Source: an uncultured delta proteobacterium (GTDB lineage Bacteria > Desulfobacterota > RBG-13-43-22). Taken from it: a DNA stretch of 64,000 nucleotides. Positions 31,022 to 39,764 of the stretch are shown piece after piece. The translations under genes were made by a program, and so were the position numbers. The stretch is taken from contig CAVUPH010000028.1 of the NCBI GenBank assembly GCA_963743305.1, positions 22,643-86,642 of the forward strand, written 5' to 3'. Every line of letters starts with the position of its first letter. Position 1 is the stretch's first letter. The notes under the pieces were generated by a model. The model had not been told where the DNA came from, made no database searches, and saw nothing but the letters and a program-made list of their open reading frames with translations.

Positions 31022-31976
31022 GATCTCCTTTCCCGGGCCAGGGAAACGACTGGACCTCAAAGTGAAGGTGGGCCTCCGCAACGGTCAACAAACCCCAGTT
31101 CAGCCGGCCGTCTTCATAAGCCGACCCAACGCTGATAAAATCCACTCCACCCACCTGCCAGTAACCCCATTTCTTTCGTTGGCCGAAAATCACGATCCCG
31201 CTCCTGAACTGAGGGGTCATGGCCTCCAGCGCTGGAAAGACCGATTCGTCCTCCATGAATTGAGTCAGATTGCCCACCAGGTTTATCTCCAAGGCAAAGG
31301 GCTCGTAGTCGGAATAGCCGGGGAGGCCCTGAATGAATCCCCCGTAAAAAGCCATGCCCTTTTTCGTCCCCAGTTGAATAGAGAGGACCTGGGCCATGGA
31401 TTCCAGATAGTCTCGATCTTTGGGGCTAAGCGTTCCCCCCGGGCTGGCCCCCAATTTCCGGGCGTATCGCCAATCCTCCTCTCCCTGGATGGTCATCACT
31501 TTTTTATCTTTTCGCAGGGCCTTTAACAGCGGGCCATTCTCCACCGAAGGCCCCGTTTGGTTTCCCAGGCAATAGACCGCTTCCACTTTCTTTTTTTTGA
31601 GTTCGGCCCTCAGGGTTTCCCAGATTTCGAGCCGACCGGCCAAATTTCCCACCAGGGCCACCCGTTTTCTTTCCCACAGGTCGGCCGCTAGACGAAACGA
31701 TTGGGCCGGGAGCAGGGTCCCATCCAAGGCTGCCCCCAGGGCCCGATCCAATTGATCGGGGCAGGAGGTCTGGTTCTGGCAGTGAATATCCTTCAGCCAG
31801 GGTCGGATCTCCGCGACCGCTCGATCTTTGATTAATCGGCTGACCAACTGGGCATTGCCAGGACAGCCTCCGCCGCGGAAATCCACTTCGGTCAGAATCC
31901 CTTCTTTGATTTGGAAATGTATTTCCGGAGGACAAATACCCTGGGTCCGGAAAATATACCTGCCGGCTTCAATCAT
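30999..31976 (-). CDS. TIGR03905/TSCPD-like Cys domain fused to a degenerate metallophosphoesterase-like domain
   Basis: TQGICPPEI...GGGCPGN...CQNQTSCPDQL, then VALVGNLAG...VYCLGNQ...IQGEED. Confidence 0.7.
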   Translation of the reverse strand: MIEAGRYIFRTQGICPPEIHFQIKEGILTEVDFRGGGCPGNAQLVSRLIKDRAVAEIRPWLKDIHCQNQTSCPDQLDRALGAALDGTLLPAQSFRLAADLWERKRVALVGNLAGRLEIWETLRAELKKKKVEAVYCLGNQTGPSVENGPLLKALRKDKKVMTIQGEEDWRYARKLGASPGGTLSPKDRDYLESMAQVLSIQLGTKKGMAFYGGFIQGLPGYSDYEPFALEINLVGNLTQFMEDESVFPALEAMTPQFRSGIVIFGQRKKWGYWQVGGVDFISVGSAYEDGRLNWGLLTVAEAHLHFEVQSFPWPGKGDHGKKSSC

Positions 31977-31977
31977 C

Positions 31978-32292
31978 TTAGCCCGCTACGATCCTTTGAA
32001 TTTTTTCTCTCAATTCCGTCGGATCCAAAACCCTCCCCACCCCAACCTTTTCACCGTTGATCATTGTGGTGGGGGTCATGGTTATCCCTGATTTTCGGGC
32101 CTTTTCCGACCAGGCATCCACTTTTTCAACTGCGATCAGCCCATCGGGAAAATCGGCGGCTACTTCCCGGGCGTTCCTTTCGGCCAGGAGACAACGACTG
32201 CAGGGAGGTTGGGTGCCGAAGATCAGAATGTCGACTTTCCCCCGTTGTTTTTCTGCTTTTAGTTTAATCCCCATTTTCAGCCAGAAGCCCAT
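31978..32292 (-). CDS. Small thioredoxin-fold protein (PPCSRC)
   Basis: IFGTQPPCSRC...GITMTPTTMING; exact start uncertain. Confidence 0.8.
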   Translation of the reverse strand: MGFWLKMGIKLKAEKQRGKVDILIFGTQPPCSRCLLAERNAREVAADFPDGLIAVEKVDAWSEKARKSGITMTPTTMINGEKVGVGRVLDPTELREKIQRIVAG

Positions 32293-32560
32293 CTAGATAA
32301 TCCTTCAACTCGGCCTGCCTGGGTGTCGTTTCAAAAACCAACTGATCATTGATATATATGGATGGAACGGGAGCAGGCCGGCCCAGCTTTTTGCTTAACT
32401 CAATAAAACGGAGTGCCCCTTTTTTTTCTTTCGTGACCACCTTTTCCCAAATCAGGGTTTCCGGATAATCCGGCGTAATGGACTCGACCACCCGGGTCAT
32501 ATAGACGCAGGGGATTCAGTGCTCCCCTTCGTGCAGGACTTCCAGATGGATTTGTTTCAT
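32264..32560 (-). CDS. Thioredoxin-fold selenoprotein (UIPC)
   Basis: ATG 32560: MKQIHLEVLHEGEH-U(TGA 32518-32516)-IPCVYMTRVVES, in frame with the ORF-track entry; hairpin 32486-32498. Confidence 0.88.
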
Positions 32561-32620
32561 TTCATCTCCATAATTAATAATTAACAATTAATTATTAATT
32601 ATTAACGATCAGTTAGGTTC

Positions 32621-32950
32621 TTACTCTCCCACCCCATCCCGCAGGGCCTTCTCAATCGCTTCCTCCAGTTCAAATCGGGGAGGAATCATATCAAAGATTA
32701 GTTCCCCGTCAATGAACAAGGATGGCACCGGCGCCACCTGCTCCAGGTTTTCCACCTTTTCCAGACCGTAAAGTTTGCAGGAAAGTTCCTTAAACCGCTC
32801 GGCATCCTCATCGCTGTCCATGAAACAGACCCGTTTATAGATGATCTGATCCGCGAATTTAGGCAGGACTTCCTGCAGGGCCTCGTCCATGTAAAAGCAG
32901 GGAAGGCAGTAATCGGCCTTGTAGATGATTTCGATGGTGATCTTTCTCAT
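32621..32950 (-). CDS. Thioredoxin-fold protein (CLPC), Cys paralog of the adjacent selenoproteins
   Basis: ADYCLPCFYMDEAL...APVPSLFIDGELIFDMIP. Confidence 0.82.
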   Translation of the reverse strand: MRKITIEIIYKADYCLPCFYMDEALQEVLPKFADQIIYKRVCFMDSDEDAERFKELSCKLYGLEKVENLEQVAPVPSLFIDGELIFDMIPPRFELEEAIEKALRDGVGE

Positions 32951-33087
32951 AATATCAGGGTGTAGGGTTGGGGGTTAGGACAAGGCAAGGGCTTCCAGAT
33001 GACTTCTCTCTTCTCTCCACTGTCCTCTTTTTTTCTTCCCTCTTCCATCTTCCCTCTGCCTTCTCTCCCCTACCCCCTAAGCCCTCC

Positions 33088-33540
33088 CTATGTTCCGCAA
33101 ATATTGGCCTGTCGTTCCTCCAACGCCCTCAAGTAGGTTTGGGCGTCCATGAATTTCCGCTGTGGGTCGAAACCCTCTTCCGCTTCCAGGGCAAAGAGGA
33201 CGTAGTGATAAGGGTTTTCATCAATGACCTTGACCCCTTCCCCGTCCAGTTCCTGATTCAAATAAACCACCTTTCCGGATACCGGGCTGTACAACTCAAA
33301 GGACACTTTATACGTGTCCACGGCCAACAGCGGTTTCCGCTCCGGAATTAAATCACCCTCCGCCGTGATAAATTCAAGGTAGGTAAAACCGCTGATCATG
33401 GCCACCCCCGCCTCAGTAAAACCGAAGGCCCAAGTGTTGGAGCCAGACCAGATTTTGACCCACAGTTCCTGCTCTTTATAATAAAGGAGCTCCTCCGGAA
33501 GAGAAATCGTATGACCGTAAAAACCTTCAAGTTGGAGCAT
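33088..33540 (-). CDS. GcvH-like lipoyl-carrier protein
   Basis: LYYKEQELWV, GFTE, VDTYKVSFELYSPVSGKVV (lipoyl Lys retained), IDENPY. Confidence 0.82.
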   Translation of the reverse strand: MLQLEGFYGHTISLPEELLYYKEQELWVKIWSGSNTWAFGFTEAGVAMISGFTYLEFITAEGDLIPERKPLLAVDTYKVSFELYSPVSGKVVYLNQELDGEGVKVIDENPYHYVLFALEAEEGFDPQRKFMDAQTYLRALEERQANICGT

Positions 33541-33580
33541 CCCGGGACCCAATCATATGCCTTTAACTACCGATCTTGGC

Positions 33581-34156
33581 TCAATCGTTTTCGCTCAGCG
33601 CCCTACGCTCAGCGTCTTCCATCCCCGGCAACGACGGCATGGATTCCGGCCGATGAACACGCGGATTCACTTCATCATAAGCCAGGGCTTCCTCGATATC
33701 CAGGGAGTATTCACAGCAGTGAAGATTTTCTCTTTTCACCTTCTGGGTCTTGAAGGTGTAGGGGCCTTTCAGAATCCCACAGGCCACCTCGACGGCTTCT
33801 TCCGCCATGACTTCCGACAATCGACGGCCTTCTTTCTCCAACTGGGCCCGGCACATCCCCGGTTTCAGCTTGGTCTTGGCGATATAGGCGGGTGTATAAA
33901 GACGGGCCGCGGGTTTGATCCCCAACATATTCAGAAAATAAGAGCCACATTGCTGCTTGCAGCCATCCAGGACAATGACCGGATATTTTTCCAGCAAGGC
34001 GATTTCATCAGGAGCGCCCCGCTGGCAGCGGTGCATGTCCAGGAGTTCCAGTTGACCGGGCAGCATCTCTTCCGTCGCCTTCAAGGAGGCCTGGCGGGTC
34101 ACAGTCGACACCACCAGGCCGACGCCGCCGCAGGGATAGAGCAATACCTTTTTCAT
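33581..34156 (-). CDS. DGC-domain putative zinc-binding protein
   Basis: LYPCGG...VIVLDGCKQQC. Confidence 0.75.
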   Translation of the reverse strand: MKKVLLYPCGGVGLVVSTVTRQASLKATEEMLPGQLELLDMHRCQRGAPDEIALLEKYPVIVLDGCKQQCGSYFLNMLGIKPAARLYTPAYIAKTKLKPGMCRAQLEKEGRRLSEVMAEEAVEVACGILKGPYTFKTQKVKRENLHCCEYSLDIEEALAYDEVNPRVHRPESMPSLPGMEDAERRALSEND

Positions 34157-34175
34157 AATGAAAAACCGTAATTAT

Positions 34176-34332
34176 TGATGGACTCGCAAAAAGTCCATCA
34201 GCAACCCGAGCGCGATTAAGCGTCGGGTTGGGGTGAGGGTGGAACCATTTGAATTCACTTCAAATGGCGGGGGAGGGGAAACCCTTCCCCGCCGAGCAGA
34301 AAGTCGTCTTTTGACTTTTTGCGAGGTTATCA
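34176..34332. mobile_element. MITE-like element
   Basis: Terminal inverted repeats TGATGGACTCGCAAAAAGTC / GACTTTTTGCGAGGTTATCA (13-bp perfect core), internal GC hairpin 34266-34293, TTAT on both flanks. Confidence 0.7.
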
Positions 34333-34355
34333 TTATTGATTATTCGCTTTTATGA

Positions 34356-34928
34356 CTATCCCCCCGACCTTGATTTCGCGGCTTCCATCGGCAGGGGTGG
34401 CATGTTTTTCGGGCGGTAAAGACCCGGTTTGATCCGAATATACCCCAGGTCCCTGGCCGGGTTCCCCTTCCAGTCCCCGATCCGGCCTTCAAAGGGAACG
34501 TTTACTTTTTGCGGAGTAAAACGATAGTCGGGGTCGCTCAGCAACCCCCCGGCCACCTCGGCCATCGTTTCGGCTACCCGTTCGACCAGGTCCAGGCCCT
34601 GGCCTTCCAGGTCCGGACGTCCCGCCTGCGGTTGCAGCCCCCAACTTTCCATCAGTTCCGGCAACAGGATACGGGCCGCCGGCCGGAGACCGATCTGTTT
34701 CATCAGAAAGGAACCACAGCTTTCCTCATGGCAGTCGATCACCAGCGTTGGATTTTTTTCCACCATAACCAGATCTTCCGGAACCCCCCGGTAATAGGCG
34801 GGTACGCAGAGGAGCAGCGTCTTTTTCGGAAGCAGTTCCTCATTAACCCGATAGGTGGCCCAGCGGACCACGGTGGCTTCAGCCTTTTTTATTCCCCCGC
34901 AGGGAAAAAGGACAACGCGACCGACCAT
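34356..34928 (-). CDS. DGC-domain protein paralog
   Basis: LFPCGG...LLCVPA...VIDCHEESCG; aligns with 33581-34156. Confidence 0.72.
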   Translation of the reverse strand: MVGRVVLFPCGGIKKAEATVVRWATYRVNEELLPKKTLLLCVPAYYRGVPEDLVMVEKNPTLVIDCHEESCGSFLMKQIGLRPAARILLPELMESWGLQPQAGRPDLEGQGLDLVERVAETMAEVAGGLLSDPDYRFTPQKVNVPFEGRIGDWKGNPARDLGYIRIKPGLYRPKNMPPLPMEAAKSRSGG

Positions 34929-34977
34929 TAGGGTATTCCTTTAAAGGAAAATAGTCAAAAGAAGGAAATTACCGGAC

Positions 34978-35931
34978 CTAACCCCGGCAGGCCTTTAGAC
35001 AGTCCAAAATCTCTTCTTCATTAATCTTCCACCCCACGAAGGCCAGCGTGGTCGGCCCCTTGGTGTCCAGGGCCAGCCATTCGGTCTTTTTACCGACATG
35101 ATTGATAAAAAACCGGTGACCGTCCAGCAACACATATCCCTTGATCCGGTACAGCCCGGCCGGCACGGACTTGATGAAATCCTTGAAGCAACTTTCGCGC
35201 AAAGGTTTTTCTTCCTCGAAAGCGAAGGCCACGTACCCCAGTTCTTCCGCGTTTCCTGGTTGATCCCGCTTGAACGGGGTGGTCAGTGATATTTCCCCTT
35301 TTCTGATCATGGTGGGCAGCGGTTGCCAGAAGATCTGGGGTTCAATCATACAATGCTCAGTGGGGACAACGGTGCAATAGGGGTTGAATTCCTTGACTTC
35401 CACCAAATAGCGGGAGATGTTTTCCCGGGGCAGGAGATCAACCTTATTAAAAAGCAGCAGGTCGGCGCCTTTGATCTGGTTATAGAACAAGGGGCCGAAA
35501 TATTCCCGGCCCTCCCACAGATCACCGTCCAGGACCGTCACCACCTTGGGAATTTTGACGCGCGGCTCGATAACCGGCCCGCGCAGGAAGAGCAAGATCT
35601 CCAACGGATCAGCCACCCCGGTGGCCTCGATAAACAGGTGGAGAGGATTGAACTTCAACAGGATCTCTTCCACCGTTTTAACCATATCGCCGGCCATGGT
35701 GCAACAGATACAGCCGTTGGTCAATTCATACACCGGGGTTTGGAAGCCTTGCAACAACTCTCCGTCAATCCCCACCCGCCCGAACTCATTGACCAGAACG
35801 GCCGTCCGAGAAAGGTTTCCGGGCCACTGCAAAATACGACGGAGCAGGGTGGTCTTTCCGGCCCCTAAAAATCCGGCGAGGAGGATAAGGTCGCACAAGG
35901 ATTCAGGAGGAGCTTCTTGGGGGGATTTCAT
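34978..35931 (-). CDS. CobW/COG0523 metallochaperone GTPase
   Basis: AGFLGAGKTT, VNEFG, NGCICC, IEATGVADP, NKVD, RIKGY. Confidence 0.93.
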   Translation of the reverse strand: MKSPQEAPPESLCDLILLAGFLGAGKTTLLRRILQWPGNLSRTAVLVNEFGRVGIDGELLQGFQTPVYELTNGCICCTMAGDMVKTVEEILLKFNPLHLFIEATGVADPLEILLFLRGPVIEPRVKIPKVVTVLDGDLWEGREYFGPLFYNQIKGADLLLFNKVDLLPRENISRYLVEVKEFNPYCTVVPTEHCMIEPQIFWQPLPTMIRKGEISLTTPFKRDQPGNAEELGYVAFAFEEEKPLRESCFKDFIKSVPAGLYRIKGYVLLDGHRFFINHVGKKTEWLALDTKGPTTLAFVGWKINEEEILDCLKACRG

Positions 35932-35981
35932 TGGATCTCCTTTCCAAGGGCGACAGAAAGTTTTTATCCTAATAATTTTTT

Positions 35982-36308
35982 GGTTGTTCGCCCTTTTGGG
36001 TGGGTGGCCACAATATCTGGTAGCTTAGACTAAATTCGGGCCTCCGTGGCCGCCGGGTCTCGGCGAAAGGGTTTTCCACCTTGCTTTTTAGGTTCTAACC
36101 CGGCCCCTAGGTCTTCAAATTTTCCAGGAGGCAGGGCCGGCCTGGGAGACGCCAAGAAACACGGGGTTCGGGCCTGCTTAAAATAAAATTAAACACTTAG
36201 GCCCGGATTCAAAGTCCGGAGTACCTTGGAACCTTTGGCAAGGCCTTTCGCCGAGACCCGGCGGCCGCACCAGATCTGATGGGTACCCACCCAAAAGGGC
36301 GAAGCGTC
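35982..36308. repeat. Nested inverted-repeat element (MITE- or structured RNA-like)
   Basis: Perfect 19-bp IR 35987-36005/36285-36303 enclosing a perfect 23-bp IR 36048-36070/36244-36266. Confidence 0.85.
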
Positions 36309-36334
36309 AATTTTTTCAGATCTTTTTGAAAAAA

Positions 36335-36679
36335 TTATTTTTCAAACTTTATTTCAGCGTCCTTGGGCAACGCCATACCCATGGCCACTTCGGCCGTTTT
36401 TAATAACGCTATCGGCACCGGACACATGGGATGGCAGCCGGACTGCTGCGCTGCCTGGAATACGGGGCTCCGGCTGATCGGGGCAAAGAGGTCTCTCAGA
36501 CTGATTTCCCTGATCTGTTCGAAGAAACGCTGGATGTGCTTGCACTCGGAGCCCTGACCCCGAAGTTCGACCAGGTATTTATCTTTTCTTTCCCCGACAA
36601 TGACGCAGGGAAAACCGCAGATTCCCGGATTGACCTTCACCCGGGTGAGGGGTTGTTCATCGGATTCTGTTTCTTCCAT
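36335..36679 (-). CDS. Small Cys-rich conserved hypothetical protein (DUF6951-like)
   Basis: VNPGICGF...SECKHI...CHPMCPVPIALLKTAEVAMGMALPKD. Confidence 0.7.
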   Translation of the reverse strand: MEETESDEQPLTRVKVNPGICGFPCVIVGERKDKYLVELRGQGSECKHIQRFFEQIREISLRDLFAPISRSPVFQAAQQSGCHPMCPVPIALLKTAEVAMGMALPKDAEIKFEK

Positions 36680-36800
36680 TTGTAATCAAAAATTTAAAGC
36701 GGAAAGTTTGGGGAGCGGGTGAAACCGAAAGGTTCGGCTCCGTCGGCTTCACCCCTCCTTGCTTCCCTGCAATAATTACTAATTAACCATTAATTATCAA

Positions 36801-38861
36801 TTACTTCTGGTGCAGCACTTCCGCCGGCACGATCCCTTCCAGATGCGGGAAGGCGTCCTTCATATGCGGAATTTGCATGGATTCCATGAACTGGACCTGG
36901 AAATCCTTTTCCACGGTCAGTTCGATGTATTCTACGTTGCGGGAGACCCAGTTGGCTTCCACCCGTTTCTCCCGGTTCAACAGGGCCGCCCGGGCGCCGT
37001 CACCGGCCGCGTTGCCCACCGAAAGGATCTTTTCGATAGGGCAGTCCGGGAAGAGACCCATGATCAGGGCCTTGGTCCGGTCCACGTGGGTCCCGAAGGC
37101 CCCGGCGATCTTGACCACATCCACTTTGTCGATGTTCATTTTCCGCATCATCAGCTTACAGCCCGTGTACAGGGCCCCTTTGGCCAACTGGATCTGACGA
37201 ACGTCCTTCTGGGTGACGACCACGTCCTTCTCGATGCTGGTCTCATTGGCCCAGGCGATAACGAATTCCGGCTGTTTGGTGTCGGCGTTCAGACGGTACC
37301 GATTGGATTTCTGCGTCTTGTTGAACACCCCACTCTTCACAATGACCCCCGAGGTATACAGTTCGGCCAGCACATCCAGAATCCCCGATCCACAGATTCC
37401 CTTGGTCTTCATCTCTTCGGGCTTGGAAAAGCTCAACCAGGCATCGCGGCCGATGACCTTGTAATCCACCGCGTGGGTCTCCGGATCGATCTTGATCCGT
37501 TCGATGGCCCCGGGGGCGGCCCGCATGCCGAAGGCCAATTGGGCACCTTCCAGGGCCGGGCCGGTGGCGCAGGAGGAGGAGATGAGTTTTTCCTTGTTCC
37601 CCAAGACCAGCTCGCCGTTGGTCCCGATGTCGATGAGCAATTGGACTTCATCGCTCTTATAAGGCGCCTCGGCGATGAGCACGCCCACGTTGTCCGCCCC
37701 CACAAAACCGGCCTCATTGGGCAGGACATGGACATAGGCCGAATCATTGATCTTGATCTTCAGGTCCCGGGCCTTGATATCCAGGCTCCGGTGGATGACC
37801 GGAGGAAAAGGGGCCAGGCCCACAAATTCCGGGTCCAGCTTAAGTAGGATGTGATGCATGGCCGTGTTGCAGACGATGGTCATGTCCACGATATCCTTCG
37901 GTTCCAGGCGCAGGTAGGTCTTGCCTTCCTCGGGCACCTCTTCCCAGGTCTCAACAACCTGATCGCCTTCTTTGACCTTCTTTTTCTTTTTGGGTGGATA
38001 AGTGGACTCCACGGCCTGCTTGACCAGGGTGTTCAGGCCCTCGATCATGTCGTTGCTCATCCGCTCCAGGCCGTCTTCGTTCATCATATGGTAGGTAATC
38101 CGGCTCATCACGTCTTCCCCGTATTTGCATTGGGGATTCATCATGGAAACCGTTTCGATGACCTCCATGGTCTTCAGGTTACAGAAATAGGCGGCCACGG
38201 TGGTGGTGCCGATATCCACGGCCAGCCCGTAATTGGCCCCCTCTCTTTTGCCGGGCAGAACCCGGATAATTTCTTTGTCCATCCAGATCGAGACGGTCAT
38301 GGCCCAACGTCGTTTATCCCGCAAACGGGCCGGCATTTTCATCAGGGCCCAGTAGTCAATGGTCAGATCCTTGATGCCGAACTGACGGTTCAACTCATCC
38401 TGAAGCCGCTCGAAATCCCCGGTGGGGTGCTCAAAGGTGGGCTCAATGACTTCCACGTAATATTCCTTAACCGCCGGGTTCCAGTCGATGGGAATATCCC
38501 GGGCGGCCTTGCTGACGATCTGCTTTCCGGCCCGCGATTCCTCGGGTACAAAAATCAACAGGTCCCCTTCGATCTTGGCACAACACCCCAACCGGTATCC
38601 CAGTTCGCGCTGTTCCTCGTTGACGAACTTCTCCTCTTCTTCCATCCAGGGGCTGACGTTGTTGCGGCTGGACTGGATTCCGTATTTTTCATAAAAGCCT
38701 TCCTCAATCCGCACCTTGCATTTGCCGCAAACTTTTTTCTCTCCGCAAAGGGCTTCGATATCCACGCCTACCCGGCGGGAGGCTTCAATGATGGTCATCC
38801 CTTTGGCCACTTCGCCTCGCCGGCCGGAAGGCTGAAAAATGATCTTCGCATTTTCACTCAT
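36801..38861 (-). CDS. RACo/RamA-type ATP-dependent reductive activator of corrinoid protein (2Fe-2S + ASKHA, DUF4445)
   Basis: CGEKKVCGKC...RLGC, AVDIGTTT, YGEDVMSRI, IDIGTNGE, CATGPALEG, GICGSG, GNAAGDGA. Confidence 0.93.
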   Translation of the reverse strand: MSENAKIIFQPSGRRGEVAKGMTIIEASRRVGVDIEALCGEKKVCGKCKVRIEEGFYEKYGIQSSRNNVSPWMEEEEKFVNEEQRELGYRLGCCAKIEGDLLIFVPEESRAGKQIVSKAARDIPIDWNPAVKEYYVEVIEPTFEHPTGDFERLQDELNRQFGIKDLTIDYWALMKMPARLRDKRRWAMTVSIWMDKEIIRVLPGKREGANYGLAVDIGTTTVAAYFCNLKTMEVIETVSMMNPQCKYGEDVMSRITYHMMNEDGLERMSNDMIEGLNTLVKQAVESTYPPKKKKKVKEGDQVVETWEEVPEEGKTYLRLEPKDIVDMTIVCNTAMHHILLKLDPEFVGLAPFPPVIHRSLDIKARDLKIKINDSAYVHVLPNEAGFVGADNVGVLIAEAPYKSDEVQLLIDIGTNGELVLGNKEKLISSSCATGPALEGAQLAFGMRAAPGAIERIKIDPETHAVDYKVIGRDAWLSFSKPEEMKTKGICGSGILDVLAELYTSGVIVKSGVFNKTQKSNRYRLNADTKQPEFVIAWANETSIEKDVVVTQKDVRQIQLAKGALYTGCKLMMRKMNIDKVDVVKIAGAFGTHVDRTKALIMGLFPDCPIEKILSVGNAAGDGARAALLNREKRVEANWVSRNVEYIELTVEKDFQVQFMESMQIPHMKDAFPHLEGIVPAEVLHQK

Positions 38862-39033
38862 GCCGCTGACTCCTTTTTATTGACAGTATTTGCATAACGT
38901 TGTTTGGGTTCGGCCGGTTCGGGACGCACACCTGACCATCGGAATGGGGGGTGATAAAATTGTAGCTGATTGCCGGCCAACGATCCCCCCGAGGTGCCGG
39001 GGGGATCGTTCCAGCCGCACCCAACAAACGGGG

Positions 39034-39702
39034 CTATTGTTTTTTCTGCATTTCCCGCAAACGGGCGATCATCTTGATCCCCTCGGCCACGGCATTCCCG
39101 GCTGATTCCGCGTAGCCGTCGGCGCCGAAGAGGTTGGCCACGTCTTTGGTCACCGGAGCGCCGCCGAGCATGATGGCCACATTGGGGTTTTTATCCTTGA
39201 TCATCTTGATGACCTTTTTCATGCCCAACATCGTAGTGGTCATCATGGCCGACATGGCTACGACTTCCGAGTCGGTCCGCATCTGCTCTTCCACGAACTT
39301 TTCGAGCGGCACGTCGCGGCCCAGATCATGGACATCCCAACCGGCCACGTCAAACATCATTTTGACCAGGTTTTTGCCGATGTCATGCACATCACCCTGG
39401 ATGCTGCCGATGACTACCTGGGCGTTCACACCGCCTTCTTTCTTGGGCACGTGGGGGCGCAGGATAGCCAACCCGGCATACAGGGCATCGGCGCACATCA
39501 GGACCTCCGGCACGAAATACTCGTTCCGCTCGTACAACTGCCCGACGACTTCCATTCCGGCGGCCAGACCGTCCATGATCATTTCCAGTGGGGTATAACC
39601 GGCATCAAGGGACTCCTGGGCGGCTTCCTTTACCTGGTCCTCTTTATAGTTGATGACCCCGTCCTTCAAGAGTTCCAATATTTCTTCTTTCGATTTAGCC
39701 AT
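39034..39702 (-). CDS. Methyltransferase cognate corrinoid protein (MtaC/MttC-like)
   Basis: EYFVPEVL, GDVHDIGKNLV B12 motif, DLGRDVP, SAMMTTT, LGGAP. Confidence 0.95.
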   Translation of the reverse strand: MAKSKEEILELLKDGVINYKEDQVKEAAQESLDAGYTPLEMIMDGLAAGMEVVGQLYERNEYFVPEVLMCADALYAGLAILRPHVPKKEGGVNAQVVIGSIQGDVHDIGKNLVKMMFDVAGWDVHDLGRDVPLEKFVEEQMRTDSEVVAMSAMMTTTMLGMKKVIKMIKDKNPNVAIMLGGAPVTKDVANLFGADGYAESAGNAVAEGIKMIARLREMQKKQ

Positions 39703-39764
39703 AACACGTTCCTCCTAAAAAATATTTTTTGTCCTAAAGGGATAGGCTTTGATTTGTCAAATCT

